From the NCBI GenBank assembly GCA_902785935.1, contig CADAAN010000006.1, forward strand, positions 4,309 through 68,308: 64,000 bases of DNA. Reading direction: 5' to 3'. The stretch's first letter is position 1. Each line of letters starts with the position of its first letter. Below the pieces are notes generated by a model, which saw only the letters and a list, made by a program, of their open reading frames with translations, was not told the DNA's origin and did not search any database. Positions 8,395-17,944 of this stretch are shown piece after piece. The stretch comes from an uncultured Pseudomonadota bacterium (lineage in GTDB: Bacteria > Pseudomonadota > Alphaproteobacteria > RF32 > CAG-239). Both the position numbers and the translations under genes were made by a program.

Positions 8395-9552
8395 CTATTT
8401 TTTGCTGATTTGTATCATTTTGTTAATGGTATCGTTCAATTTATCGCGTAGGTGTTCAACACCCAAATTGACGTAAACTTGCGTGCTTTGCAGACTTTTG
8501 TGGGTTAAGGCTCGTTTTACCATAAAAGCATCAGCCCCGTTTGCTATCAGATATGTACCTAAGGTATGTCTAAGGTCGTGAATTCGGAAATTTGTTATAT
8601 TTGCCCTGCGCAATATAATTGCCCACGATTTTTTAATATCTACCACATGACCTGATTTTGAAGTCGGAGAATAGAATATCCAATCGCTTTGAGCCGATGA
8701 TTGTCTTTGATATAAAACCTTCATTGCTTCTTCAGCCAGAGCAATCGTTACATTCTCATCTGTTTTTGTTTGCGGAATTTTCCAAATCTTAGCAGACATA
8801 TCTATGTCTTCCCATTTCATTTCAAAAACATTTGATTTGCGAGCTCCGGTAAAGATAAGCATTAAAACAATGTCACGCACCAAATCATCTTCATAAGCGT
8901 AAACCGTTTCCATAAAGCGCTTGAGTTCATTATGCTCTAAATAACGCACACGGGCTTCAACTTTGTTTAATTTGACTGATAATGCAGGGTTCCGACCGTC
9001 AAAACGTTCTTCTTTGATTGCATAGTTGAACATTGTACTGATAAGCTTAATAAAATGATTTGCTATGTAATTGCCGTTTTTGACGGATATTTGCCGATGT
9101 AATTCGCGTAGCATATCGCCGGTTATTTCTTTTAGGTGTTTTCTGCCAAGTTTACACAGCTTTGAATTCCATATTCTTTTGTAATCTAATATTGTTTTTT
9201 GCGCAAGATATCTTTCTCTGTCTGTAATAAAATCATCGTATAACTGTTGCAATAGAGTATCTTGTTTATACTGACGCTTTGTAACGTTAGGGTTTTCTCC
9301 ATCATTCATTTTCTTGCGATTTGTAACGGCGGCAATTCTGGCTTCTTCTACAGTCATAGTCGGAGATTCGCCGAGTTTAACGCGAGTATCATGCCCGAGA
9401 ACTCTTTGTCGGATATAGAAACTTTTTGCCCCGTTCGGAGTTATTTGCAGCGACAGTTTAGGCTCTACCGTATCATAATAATAGGTTCTTTTCTTCGGTA
9501 TCGGTAAGTTTTTGATATTTGTGTTGGTAAACTTAAAATGATTAGCGTTCAT
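8395..9552 (-). CDS. int: Tyrosine recombinase, P4-type integrase
   Basis: N-terminal arm-type domain (KRTYYYDTVEPKLSLQITPNGAKSFYIRQRV). C-terminal catalytic residues are in HDLRHTLGTYL and QVYVN. It lies adjacent to the tRNA fragment. Confidence 0.9.
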   Translation of the reverse strand: MNANHFKFTNTNIKNLPIPKKRTYYYDTVEPKLSLQITPNGAKSFYIRQRVLGHDTRVKLGESPTMTVEEARIAAVTNRKKMNDGENPNVTKRQYKQDTLLQQLYDDFITDRERYLAQKTILDYKRIWNSKLCKLGRKHLKEITGDMLRELHRQISVKNGNYIANHFIKLISTMFNYAIKEERFDGRNPALSVKLNKVEARVRYLEHNELKRFMETVYAYEDDLVRDIVLMLIFTGARKSNVFEMKWEDIDMSAKIWKIPQTKTDENVTIALAEEAMKVLYQRQSSAQSDWIFYSPTSKSGHVVDIKKSWAIILRRANITNFRIHDLRHTLGTYLIANGADAFMVKRALTHKSLQSTQVYVNLGVEHLRDKLNDTINKMIQISKK

Positions 9553-9735
9553 AAGCCCCTCTGTCGTATAGTAATTGTTTTCCGGTGCCGCACTGGTGCC
9601 GCATATTTAAACAAATTTTATCCAATTTAATAAAACTTGTCAAGTAAAATTTTTAAAAATAATATAATAAAAACAAACACATAAATGCATTTTCATAAGA
9701 GATATGATTTTCTAAATAAAACATAATATCAATTA

Positions 9736-9780
9736 CTCTTAATCAGTGGGTCCGGGGTTCGAGCCCCCGTGCGCGTACCA
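9736..9780 (+). repeat. att site: 45-nt 3' fragment of tRNA-Lys(CUU), with no 5' half present
   Basis: CTCTTAATCAGTGGGTC-CGGGG-TTCGAGC-CCCCG-TGCGCGT-A-CCA covers the anticodon loop (CUU), variable loop, T arm, 3' acceptor strand and CCA. The upstream sequence is AT-rich and cannot form the D arm or 5' acceptor strand. Confidence 0.75.
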
Positions 9781-9786
9781 ATAGAA

Positions 9787-9810
9787 GGCCGCCTTTCAGG
9801 CGGTTTTTTT
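9787..9810 (+). terminator. Terminator directly after the tRNA fragment
   Basis: GGCCGCCT-ttc-AGGCGG hairpin followed by T7. Confidence 0.65.
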
Positions 9811-9928
9811 GATTCTGCCAAGCCAAAGGAGCGAAGCCCGAAAAGGGGTTTGACTACAAGCAAAATGCGAGCGTAAGCGCGCCGATCGGCCCCAGCCGAT
9901 GAGCGCAGTGAACATAGCGAAGCGAAGT

Positions 9929-9947
9929 AGCCCCCATGCGCGTACCA
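9929..9947 (+). repeat. Second, shorter copy of the att core (19 nt, 1 mismatch)
   Basis: AGCCCCCATGCGCGTACCA, compared with AGCCCCCGTGCGCGTACCA at 9762-9780. Both copies are followed by AAT. Confidence 0.6.
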
Positions 9948-9951
9948 ATTC

Positions 9952-9994
9952 TAAAAAAGCAACCCGCCGGCATAGCCTGCGGGTTGTTTTTTTT
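9952..9994. terminator. Bidirectional terminator (aas / att region)
   Basis: AACCCGC (9961-9967) pairs with GCGGGTT (9979-9985), flanked by an A-run and a T-run. Confidence 0.6.
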
Positions 9995-9997
9995 GAC

Positions 9998-12169
9998 TTA
10001 TGCAGCTTTGGAAAGCTCTGATAAAACATCCTTTTTCAAGGTGACGTTATCAACCTTTCCGGTTGCGGACATCGGGATTTTATCCCGATAAATTATCTGG
10101 CGCGGCAGATAAAGCTCAGGATAGCCGTTTTGCTTGATAAATTCACGCAACATTTCGGTATTAAGCGTTTTTTCGTTGGTTACAACAACAATTTGCTCAC
10201 CTTTCTGTTCATGCGGTACGGCTACGACACCACAGCAAAAATCATCTCTACCGGAAAAAGCGCTGTTAATCATATTTTCAACCGCTTTTAATGAAATCAT
10301 CTCACCGCCGACCTTGGCAAAACGTTTGATACGGTCTTTGATCGTGATAAATCCGATTTCATCAATCTCAACAACATCACCTGTGTGATACCAACCGTTG
10401 TGCGGCGGTACCAAAACCCCCGGATTGTCGGCAAAAATATAACCCTTCATCACATTCGGCCCCTTGACCACAAGCTCACCGCCGCGTTCAATACCGTCTA
10501 CTTTTTCAAGACGACATTCCATTCCCGGACAGAGTTTGCCGATGGTGCCGAATTTATTAAATACCATGTTGTTGCCTGCAACAGCCGGAGAACATTCCGT
10601 CGTGCCATAGGCTTCCATCAGACGTGTGCCCAATCGCTCATTTAATAAATTGCGTGTATCAAGCTTGACGCCTTCTGCTCCCGCATAAACAAGCCTTAAT
10701 GACCCGAAATCAAGCGGATGCGAAATTTTGGCATAGCTTCTGAAGAATGTATCCGTACCAATCATCACTGTTGCACTTAATTCATAAAGCAAATCCGAAA
10801 TGACGCGAAAATGGAGCGGAGAGGGGTACAAAAAGACTTTTGCACCTTGATAAAGAGCATAAAGTGTGCCTAATACAAGCCCGAAACTGTGGAAAATCGG
10901 CATTGAATTTAAGACAATATCACGCTTGTTTAAGGTTTCAAAAGTCGCAATTTGCCATACGTTTGAAATCACGTTTTGATTTGACAATACAACGGCTTTC
11001 GGTGCACCTTCCGAGCCTGAGGTAAACAAAATAACGGCTGCATCGTCAGGGGTTGCTTTATATGGCACATATTTGACTTTGTATTGCAATAAGGCCAAAA
11101 TTTTTGCAAAAATCGAAACAGACCGTCCGACTTCTTCTAAAAAAATCACCTCAAATCCGGCATTTGTAATCGCTTCAGCCAGCGGTTCTAATCCCGCTTT
11201 TTTGATAAACATTTTTGATGTAATCACTTTTTTTGCCTGAACGGTTTTAAGCCCGCTTATTACATTCTGTGCACCGGCAGAAAAGTTAATCATGACAGGC
11301 ACTTGTCCATAGGCATTTAAGCCGAAAAATGTGCATATAGCCGCAACGGAATTCGGAAGCATCACGGCAACCGGCTCTTTCTTGTCCGAAATGAGAGAAA
11401 AATGACGCCCCAAAACATACGATGCAAGCATAATATCCTTAAAAGTTTTGGGTTTGCGCGTAATATCTTCCAAAACGTATGGACGACGCAGGCCAAAGCA
11501 TCTCTTTGCATGAATTTTTGAGGCTTTAATCAATTGTGTAAAGACCGTCATTTTTTTATCATAAATCGATTCAAACATTTGCTCACGCATAATCATGTAA
11601 ATTTCATTTGAAATGTGATTACGTTGATGCCTGAGCTCTGCCTTAAGCTTTAAGGGACGGGGTGCGTCAACAACAATTTTGACATGCGGAAAATAACGAT
11701 GCGGTAATTTTCCGCCTGTTTTTGAAAAATGGCAATACTGCAAGCCGTTAATCCAAATCGGTATGACGGGCGAATCCGTTTTATCGGCAAGAAGCCCCGC
11801 TGATTCATAAATCTTCATAATATTACCGTTGGTTGTCATACGTCCTTCCGGAAAAATGACGCAAAGGCGGCCGGAATTAACCGTTGAAATCAAATGCTTT
11901 AAGTCCGGTACGTCAATATTGTCATGTTTGACAACATCAGCCGTTTTTAAAAACAAACGTACCCAATAGTTGCGATAGAGTTGCCCGTGCAATGCAAAAA
12001 CCGGATTGCCGGGTAAAAACGCAAAAAGCACAATCGGATCAACCCATGATACGTGGTTTGAAATATATACGCCCTTTTTGGGAAGTTTATCAACGTCAAA
12101 ACGCATTTCAAAACGAACCTTAAAGGTCTTAAAAAAACATCTTAAAAGAAAGCGAACAATATCGCGCAT
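9998..12169 (-). CDS. aas: Bifunctional 2-acylglycerophosphoethanolamine acyltransferase / acyl-ACP synthetase
   Basis: 723 aa. N-terminal PlsC-type H(X)4D motif (NHVSWVDP) plus an AMP-binding domain (FTSGSEGAPKAVVLS). Same length and architecture as Aas. Confidence 0.8.
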   Translation of the reverse strand: MRDIVRFLLRCFFKTFKVRFEMRFDVDKLPKKGVYISNHVSWVDPIVLFAFLPGNPVFALHGQLYRNYWVRLFLKTADVVKHDNIDVPDLKHLISTVNSGRLCVIFPEGRMTTNGNIMKIYESAGLLADKTDSPVIPIWINGLQYCHFSKTGGKLPHRYFPHVKIVVDAPRPLKLKAELRHQRNHISNEIYMIMREQMFESIYDKKMTVFTQLIKASKIHAKRCFGLRRPYVLEDITRKPKTFKDIMLASYVLGRHFSLISDKKEPVAVMLPNSVAAICTFFGLNAYGQVPVMINFSAGAQNVISGLKTVQAKKVITSKMFIKKAGLEPLAEAITNAGFEVIFLEEVGRSVSIFAKILALLQYKVKYVPYKATPDDAAVILFTSGSEGAPKAVVLSNQNVISNVWQIATFETLNKRDIVLNSMPIFHSFGLVLGTLYALYQGAKVFLYPSPLHFRVISDLLYELSATVMIGTDTFFRSYAKISHPLDFGSLRLVYAGAEGVKLDTRNLLNERLGTRLMEAYGTTECSPAVAGNNMVFNKFGTIGKLCPGMECRLEKVDGIERGGELVVKGPNVMKGYIFADNPGVLVPPHNGWYHTGDVVEIDEIGFITIKDRIKRFAKVGGEMISLKAVENMINSAFSGRDDFCCGVVAVPHEQKGEQIVVVTNEKTLNTEMLREFIKQNGYPELYLPRQIIYRDKIPMSATGKVDNVTLKKDVLSELSKAA

Positions 12170-12352
12170 TTTATTTGTCCTTATCTGTTTTATATTTTAT
12201 GATGTTAAAATACATATGATAGTGCAAAATGTAAAGTAGGCACTTTGGGGAAACTATTGAAAATCTGTGCATAAATTTATCATTTCGGTAAATTTGGCTT
12301 GAGCTTGATTTATGCATAAAATTATGCTATATTTAAGTAAAGGAGAAGAGTT

Positions 12353-12736
12353 TTGAAAAAAAAATTTTTGTTACTTGCAACCATATTGTTGCTTTTTGCC
12401 TGCAAACCCGATGTTTTAAGCCTCAATGATGACGGCAAAACGTTTCGTACCAATGTGGGAAAAAGCTTTCAGCTTTCACTGCCCGAAAATACTACAACCG
12501 GATATCGTTGGCATTTTAAAACAGAACCTGAAAGCCAAATGGTTATCACCTTTGTTTCAGACGAAACCGTAAGACCTCAGACAAAACGCTTGGGCGCCGG
12601 TTCTAACAGAATTTTTACCTATCAGGCAACAAACAGCGGTGTCGTCAAGCTTAAAGGTTTTCATTCCCGCCCGTGGGAAAGCAGCGAAAATCAACAAATT
12701 CCCGCTGTCGAATATACAATTATCGTCAGACCGTAA
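12353..12736 (+). CDS. Chagasin-family (I42) cysteine-peptidase inhibitor lipoprotein
   Basis: Lipobox LLLFAC and an NTTTGYRW motif (chagasin NPTTGYxW). TTG start with GGAG 7 nt upstream. Confidence 0.7.
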   Translation: MKKKFLLLATILLLFACKPDVLSLNDDGKTFRTNVGKSFQLSLPENTTTGYRWHFKTEPESQMVITFVSDETVRPQTKRLGAGSNRIFTYQATNSGVVKLKGFHSRPWESSENQQIPAVEYTIIVRP

Positions 12737-12742
12737 CAGTTA

Positions 12743-13306
12743 TCAGATTGCTTTTGATATCATTAAGGCTAAATCTGCCAAAAGACGGCTTTGTGCCTTG
12801 GCATAATCGGCATATTTGCGGCCGGCCGGTGTCTTGAATTCAAAATCAGATTGCTTTATCACTTTGTTTGACGGTGTCAAAATTTGATAAACGCCTCTCA
12901 AAACAGCGTCTTGTCCGAAATATCCGCTCATTTTTTCGATGTTGACTTTGATGATGTACTGTGCATTCGAGCCGTATAAAAGCGGCTTGATGGTTGACTG
13001 AGGCATAATAGTTTGCAAATCTTCAATCAATGTATTTTGAATCATAGCCTCTAAATCAGAAGCCCAACGATTAAACTCTGAAACCTTAAGCTCGGGCGAA
13101 TCGCTTTTTTGCAAGACAATCTGCGGCTTTTGCAAATAATCGGGCAGAGTGATGTCATAAACCGCAATGTTTATTTTTTTCTTTGAAATGCTGCTTGCGG
13201 TATTCGTGCTTTCAAGCAGATAAAATGTGCTGTTCGGAGTTGCAAAAAAACAACCTTCAAGCATTAAAATCATCAAAAAAAGTACAATTTTTTTCATGTT
13301 ATTCAC
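12743..13306 (-). CDS. PqiC/YmbA-like ABC-transport auxiliary lipoprotein
   Basis: Lipobox LEGC; FYLL, LPDYLQKPQIVL and FNRWASDLE motifs of the DUF330/PqiC family. Last gene of the Mla-like operon. Confidence 0.65.
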   Translation of the reverse strand: MNNMKKIVLFLMILMLEGCFFATPNSTFYLLESTNTASSISKKKINIAVYDITLPDYLQKPQIVLQKSDSPELKVSEFNRWASDLEAMIQNTLIEDLQTIMPQSTIKPLLYGSNAQYIIKVNIEKMSGYFGQDAVLRGVYQILTPSNKVIKQSDFEFKTPAGRKYADYAKAQSRLLADLALMISKAI

Positions 13307-14105
13307 CTTTTTTACCTTTAATGACAGAATCCGGATGACGTTCTAAATAATCCGCCAAATTTTTAATAGATTTAGATGCATTTGACACATCTTTCAAGGT
13401 TTGATTGAGCTGATTTAAGCTTTGGTTTGTTTGCGGTATGGACTTGTCAAGATATGACCCGAGCTTTGTCCCTGTCGTTTCATACGTTTTAATCAGGCCG
13501 GGCAAATCATTTTCAAGCTTTTCAAGCACATTATCAAAGCGCCTGATAATTTGCTTTAAGGGCAAATCCTGAATATCACGCGCAAAGTTGCCGAAGGCTG
13601 ACAATGTCGTCGGAATTTCAAGTATTTTATGACCATCGTCATCGGCATCATCTTCATTGACGTGATAAATGATTGGTGAAGTTTCATCCCAGAAAAGATC
13701 AATCATCAATTGACCCGTCAAAAAGTTTTGCGTATCAAGTCTTGCGCGCAAGCCTTTTTTAATCAAGAGCTCTAAAAACTCACGGCGCGTGACATGATTT
13801 GAAAAACTCATGTGGCTGAAATCGTTGTCTTGCGAAAAGCGAACATATACGGGAATTGAAAATTCAAGTGTTTTCGGGTCTGTTTTAATCTCTATTTTAA
13901 CAACCTTTCCGACCTGAACACCTTCATACACAACGTTTGAACCGATATTCAGTCCGGCAATCGATTCCGAAAAATACATCACAACAAGGTTGCGCTTGCT
14001 TGCCATGTAATTTTGCACAATGTTTTTGCCGATAAGAAAAATCAGCAAAACAAGTGATGCAAGCATAAAAAAGCCGATAAGTTTTTTGTTGGGTTCTTTT
14101 TTCAT
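13299..14105 (-). CDS. MlaD/MCE-domain substrate-binding protein
   Basis: N-terminal TM helix followed by an MCE domain (GLNIGSNVVYEGVQVGKVVKIEI). Confidence 0.75.
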   Translation of the reverse strand: MKKEPNKKLIGFFMLASLVLLIFLIGKNIVQNYMASKRNLVVMYFSESIAGLNIGSNVVYEGVQVGKVVKIEIKTDPKTLEFSIPVYVRFSQDNDFSHMSFSNHVTRREFLELLIKKGLRARLDTQNFLTGQLMIDLFWDETSPIIYHVNEDDADDDGHKILEIPTTLSAFGNFARDIQDLPLKQIIRRFDNVLEKLENDLPGLIKTYETTGTKLGSYLDKSIPQTNQSLNQLNQTLKDVSNASKSIKNLADYLERHPDSVIKGKKGE

Positions 14106-14854
14106 TAATCTTTTCCTCTCAATAAAAATTGTTTGACACGCTCATTCGGCGGATTTTTTAAGATATCATGCGGGTTGCCGGAGGCTGTGATGGTTTTTGT
14201 TGTTGCATCAAGATAAATTGAGTTGCTTGCAATGGCAAAAATTGATTGCAACTCGTGTGTGACAACAACAAGTGTTGTATTTAAGTTTTTGTTAATCTCA
14301 ATCATCAATTCATCAAGTCTTGCGGAACTGACAGGGTCAAGACCGGCGGAAGGCTCATCAAAATACACAATTTCAGGATCAAGCGCCAAGGCTCTGGCAA
14401 GGCCTGCACGCTTTTTCATGCCGCCGCTGATTTCGGAGGGATAATAATCTTCATAACCCGAAAGCCCGACAAGTGCCAGCTTTAAGGCCACAAGTTCATC
14501 AATCGTTTTTTGATTATAATCACTGTATTGATTGAGCGGTAGGGCAATGTTCTCTTTTAATGTCATGGATGAAAATAAAGCACCGCTTTGATATAAAATG
14601 CCTGTTTTTTGACGCAATGCCTCTTTTTGAACAGCATTTGAAGTGTTAAAATCAAGCCCCAATAAGTCAAATGACCCGTTAAGCGGCGGCATCAATCCCG
14701 TTAAAACTTTCAATAAACTGCTTTTGCCGCAACCAGATCCGCCCATAATGATAAAAATATCGCCTTTTTTAACCTCAAAATCAGCATTTTGAAGCAAAAC
14801 TTTTTTACCATAACCGATACTTAAATTTTTGGCTTTAATCACTGCGTTTGTCAT
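14105..14854 (-). CDS. MlaF-like ABC transporter ATPase
   Basis: Walker A GGSGCGKSS, signature ISGGMKKRAGLARAL, Walker B VYFDEP. I placed the start at ATG 14854, which overlaps the permease stop (ATGA). Confidence 0.85.
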   Translation of the reverse strand: MTNAVIKAKNLSIGYGKKVLLQNADFEVKKGDIFIIMGGSGCGKSSLLKVLTGLMPPLNGSFDLLGLDFNTSNAVQKEALRQKTGILYQSGALFSSMTLKENIALPLNQYSDYNQKTIDELVALKLALVGLSGYEDYYPSEISGGMKKRAGLARALALDPEIVYFDEPSAGLDPVSSARLDELMIEINKNLNTTLVVVTHELQSIFAIASNSIYLDATTKTITASGNPHDILKNPPNERVKQFLLRGKD

Positions 14855-15957
14855 ATGCCCATCCTTTGAAAACAAAAAGTGATTAAACCCGTTGCGATAA
14901 TCATCCAAACAATGCTGTACACCACGGCAGAAGTCGTTGATTTACCGACGCTGTCCGCATCTCTACCGCAATTGATACCGAAATAGCATCCTGACAATGC
15001 AATGATAAAACCGAACACAAACGCATGAAAAAGACCGACCAAAAAATGCTTCAAAAACCACGCGTTATAAGCATATTTGAAAAACTCACTGTAAGGAATG
15101 TTTAAGGCTAAAATACCGACGGCGGCACCACCTAAAATACCTGCAAAGTCAGCAAGCATTGTAAGTAGGGGCATTGTTACGACAAGTGCTTTGAGGCGCG
15201 GTAAAACCAAAAATTCAGATACGTTGATGCCCATCGTTTTTAAGGCATCAATTTCTTCATTGACCTGCATGGTACCGATTGTCGCGGCAAATGATGCACC
15301 CGTACGGCCGGCCATAATGATACCGACCATAATGGCACCCATGATGCGCGTCATACCGATTGTTACCAAACTTGCAACATAAACTTCGGCACCGAACATT
15401 TGCAACTGTACCGCACCGACAAAAGCCAAAATGAGCCCGACCATAAAGCTGATTAACAAAACAATCGGAAGCGCTTTCGGCCCGCAATCTTGCAAGGCAA
15501 ACAAAAAGTCAACATCGCGTGTGGTTGTCCTTCTCAAAAATGAGGAAAAAAATATCCTCAAATTATGCAAAGTAAATTTTGTTGTTTTACGAATCGTCTG
15601 ATAAACGCGAATGGTCAAATCACCCGCTTTTTCCAAAAAGCCGATGCGCGGGGCAGGGGCAAGTTCGGATGCTCTCGGTACGGAAAGCGCAAGCTTAATC
15701 AAAGCCTCAACGCCGTTCGGCAATTTTGATGCTTTGATAACAATATTTTTTTGACTTGCCTTTTGATACAGTTCATACAGCATCACTAAAAATGAGGAAT
15801 CCCATTTTTCAAGCAAAGAAGAATCAATTAAAATTTTGGTGATTTTTTGCGCGTTGATTTGTTCAAACAAAGCCTGCGGCAAATCTTGTTTTACAAAATC
15901 ACCGACAAGATAAATGTTGAGCGCATCGCCCTTTATGTCAAATTTCATCGTTTCCAT
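14851..15957 (-). CDS. MlaE-family ABC permease with N-terminal STAS domain
   Basis: 368 aa. The first ~100 aa are STAS-like and are followed by a polytopic MlaE permease domain. Confidence 0.75.
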   Translation of the reverse strand: METMKFDIKGDALNIYLVGDFVKQDLPQALFEQINAQKITKILIDSSLLEKWDSSFLVMLYELYQKASQKNIVIKASKLPNGVEALIKLALSVPRASELAPAPRIGFLEKAGDLTIRVYQTIRKTTKFTLHNLRIFFSSFLRRTTTRDVDFLFALQDCGPKALPIVLLISFMVGLILAFVGAVQLQMFGAEVYVASLVTIGMTRIMGAIMVGIIMAGRTGASFAATIGTMQVNEEIDALKTMGINVSEFLVLPRLKALVVTMPLLTMLADFAGILGGAAVGILALNIPYSEFFKYAYNAWFLKHFLVGLFHAFVFGFIIALSGCYFGINCGRDADSVGKSTTSAVVYSIVWMIIATGLITFCFQRMGI

Positions 15958-16038
15958 TTTCTTTTGATAAATAAACCCTCAAATTTTGAATGTCAAAGAA
16001 AAATCATCGTTTTTCAGATGTATTTTTAATTTTTTTGT

Positions 16039-16236
16039 TTGACTTTTATTTTAAAGTATGCCATAATCAAAAGCGTAACCAAAATGGTTATGGTGTTTAG
16101 ATAACACATTCGAGTTAAGGCTCCTTTGAAAGAGGAGTTGTTGATATAAGGCAATTTTTGCTCGAATAAGACAAACTGTAACTCGACAGTTATCTAGCTC
16201 CTCCATTTTGAGATTTTTCAAGATGGATTTTTTTTT
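16039..16236 (+). promoter_or_regulatory. Leader family A, copy A1: promoter + ~160-nt structured leader + terminator
   Basis: TTGACT (16039-16044), 17 nt, CATAAT (16062-16067). The conserved GTAACCAAAATGG starts at 16075. Covarying helices are described in the findings. The hairpin TCCATTTTGA/TCAAGATGGA plus T9 ends at 16236, 30 nt before the LRR gene. Confidence 0.7.
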
Positions 16237-16265
16237 CGATGGTTTAAAAAATAAGGAGAAAAAAT

Positions 16266-17324
16266 ATGAAGAAATATGTTTGGGTTTTTGGACTTATTTT
16301 AAGTTATAATGCACAAGCTTATGATTATAATGATTGTTTTGGTGCAAGCGGATGTCAGCCCTGTCCGAATAGTACGGACGGCAAATGTTTTTATGCTGTT
16401 GAAGGCAGCAAAATGACAATTTATGGCCCGACATCAACCGAACAAAATGCAGATGGCAGCTTAAAAGAAACAACATCGATTCCGCGTTATGCCTTTACCA
16501 ACAGCGATAATGCCAGCAATTTGCCGGAAAATATCACTTCTCTTGAAATAACAGGTAATATCACAACCGTTGAAGGTTATGCTTTTTGCTCTGCCCCTCT
16601 GACAAATGTACAATTTCCTGAGACACTTGAAACAATATCGGAATTGGCTTTTTGGAACAATAATTTATCACAAATCAATTTTCCTAATTCGCTTAAAAAT
16701 ATAGAAGAAGGTGCTTTTAATTGGAATCCATTTTCAGAAATTAATTTACCCGACGGATTAATGACGCTGGAGGGGTTAACAGGTGTTCCCCTGGGGCATG
16801 TTGTTATTCCGGATTCGATTGCAGAGGTTAAAGATGCGATTTTTTCTTCAAACTATCGTTTGCAATCATTGGTTGTCGGCGCAGACACAATGCTTGGCAA
16901 TATTTTTACCTACACAACAGGGGCTGTTAGTGTGCAATTTGATAAATTCAAGATGTTTTGCGCAGAAAATAACGGCTCATGCACAACAGCTTTGCAAAGT
17001 GCCGGTGCAACACAAGAACAAATTGCGCAAATACTGATAAGTTATACAAAAGATGACGCAACAGGCGTTTATCAAACAAGTGACGGAAAATATTATGCCG
17101 ATGTCAATTTGATGGCAAGACAAATGGCTTGCGAAAATAAGCAAAGCTGTGAAATTGCCAGTGCTGATATTCGGGCAGGTCGTCCTTTTGATATGAAAGG
17201 AAAATCTTACGCATCTGTCGATGATTTCATTCAAGGAAAATATATTCCAAAGCGTATCTATACCATCGATGAAGCCAATCATGTCGCGGGCAAGACAAAC
17301 ACTTTTACGATTCGGTATCGATAG
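16266..17324 (+). CDS. Secreted BspA-type leucine-rich-repeat protein with conserved C-terminal tag
   Basis: Signal peptide (...SYNAQA-YD), Cys-rich N-terminus, LRR_5-like repeats (ITSLEITGNITTVEGYAF...). C-terminus KRIYTIDEANHVAGKTNTFTIRYR. Confidence 0.85.
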   Translation: MKKYVWVFGLILSYNAQAYDYNDCFGASGCQPCPNSTDGKCFYAVEGSKMTIYGPTSTEQNADGSLKETTSIPRYAFTNSDNASNLPENITSLEITGNITTVEGYAFCSAPLTNVQFPETLETISELAFWNNNLSQINFPNSLKNIEEGAFNWNPFSEINLPDGLMTLEGLTGVPLGHVVIPDSIAEVKDAIFSSNYRLQSLVVGADTMLGNIFTYTTGAVSVQFDKFKMFCAENNGSCTTALQSAGATQEQIAQILISYTKDDATGVYQTSDGKYYADVNLMARQMACENKQSCEIASADIRAGRPFDMKGKSYASVDDFIQGKYIPKRIYTIDEANHVAGKTNTFTIRYR

Positions 17325-17353
17325 AAAAAAATACATTATGAGCTTAAAACTTT

Positions 17354-17827
17354 TTAAAAAAACGGATTATAAGCCCATTGAAGCAGAGCTTGTCTTTGTT
17401 TTTTTCGGCAATCCAAGTCATACATCTGACAGTTCAAAAAAACTTGAGCTTTATGTCTTTTGAAAGCCTTCCAACGCTTGATTTGCAATTTATCAATTTC
17501 ATCAATACGGCGTCCCATATAATAGCGACAATACCACTGAAACCAACCGCGCGGATCAGGACCGATAATCCAACCGCGTTTTTGCCATTCTTGCAGGCTC
17601 ATACGTGATTTAACCCTAAAATAATTACACTCAACACACGGTTTTTCTTTGCTCAAAGGAGCATTTGTAAACCAATTTAAAGGAAATTCTTTGATGCAAT
17701 CATTTAAATAATGTCCCTCAAACACGCCGAGTTTAAGCATTTCATACGGAGTGAGCTCCGGGACAAAATCAGGTGCAAAGTCTTGTCCTTGCGGGGCGGC
17801 ATATGTATAGTGATAGCCTTTTTGCAT
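17354..17827 (-). CDS. Conserved hypothetical protein (GWFQWYCRYYMGRR motif)
   Basis: The track ORF 17354-17938 reads through the gapR terminator, so I moved the start to an internal ATG. 17827 is the chosen start, but 17848 or 17869 are also possible. Confidence 0.55.
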   Translation of the reverse strand: MQKGYHYTYAAPQGQDFAPDFVPELTPYEMLKLGVFEGHYLNDCIKEFPLNWFTNAPLSKEKPCVECNYFRVKSRMSLQEWQKRGWIIGPDPRGWFQWYCRYYMGRRIDEIDKLQIKRWKAFKRHKAQVFLNCQMYDLDCRKKQRQALLQWAYNPFF

Positions 17828-17893
17828 TTTATCTGAAACAACAATCATCAAGCAAAGATAATGGCGCATATTCGTTTTTTCAATAAATGCGAT

Positions 17894-17922
17894 ATAAAAA
17901 AAAGCCCCGCAAAATGCGGAGC
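17894..17922 (-). terminator. Terminator of gapR
   Basis: On the minus strand: GCTCCGC-atttt-GCGGGGC followed by T9. Confidence 0.6.
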
Positions 17923-17944
17923 ATATCAATTTTATCAAATCAAA

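Larger units (their letters stand above)
1..9780. mobile_element. Right-hand portion of an integrative genomic island inserted at a tRNA-Lys 3' end (left boundary outside window)
   Basis: A P4-type tyrosine integrase (8395-9552) abuts a 45-nt tRNA-Lys(CUU) 3' fragment that is followed by a native-looking terminator. The island also has an AbiEi-like gene, a Xis-type HTH gene and a very AT-rich cargo operon (about 27-30% GC by eye, versus about 38-40% right of 9998). Confidence 0.7.

Noticed and set aside
9782-9950. Possible two-piece (permuted) alphaproteobacterial tmRNA, given a CCA-ending T-arm followed by a GC-rich segment
   Set aside because: The acceptor strand lacks the G3:U70 alanine identity. 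No ANDN...AA-type tag reading frame is found in any frame. The fragment clearly continues into a Lys (CUU) anticodon loop. It is better explained as att-site remnants.
9796-10029. 77-aa minus-strand ORF across the att spacer
   Set aside because: It is Arg/Leu-rich, spans two terminator hairpins and the att core, and overlaps the aas 3' end. It is a typical spurious ORF in a GC-rich patch.
17828-17938. N-terminal part of track ORF 17354-17938
   Set aside because: It contains the gapR terminator hairpin (17894-17922) and encodes a hydrophobic junk-like peptide. The conserved part of the protein starts downstream.
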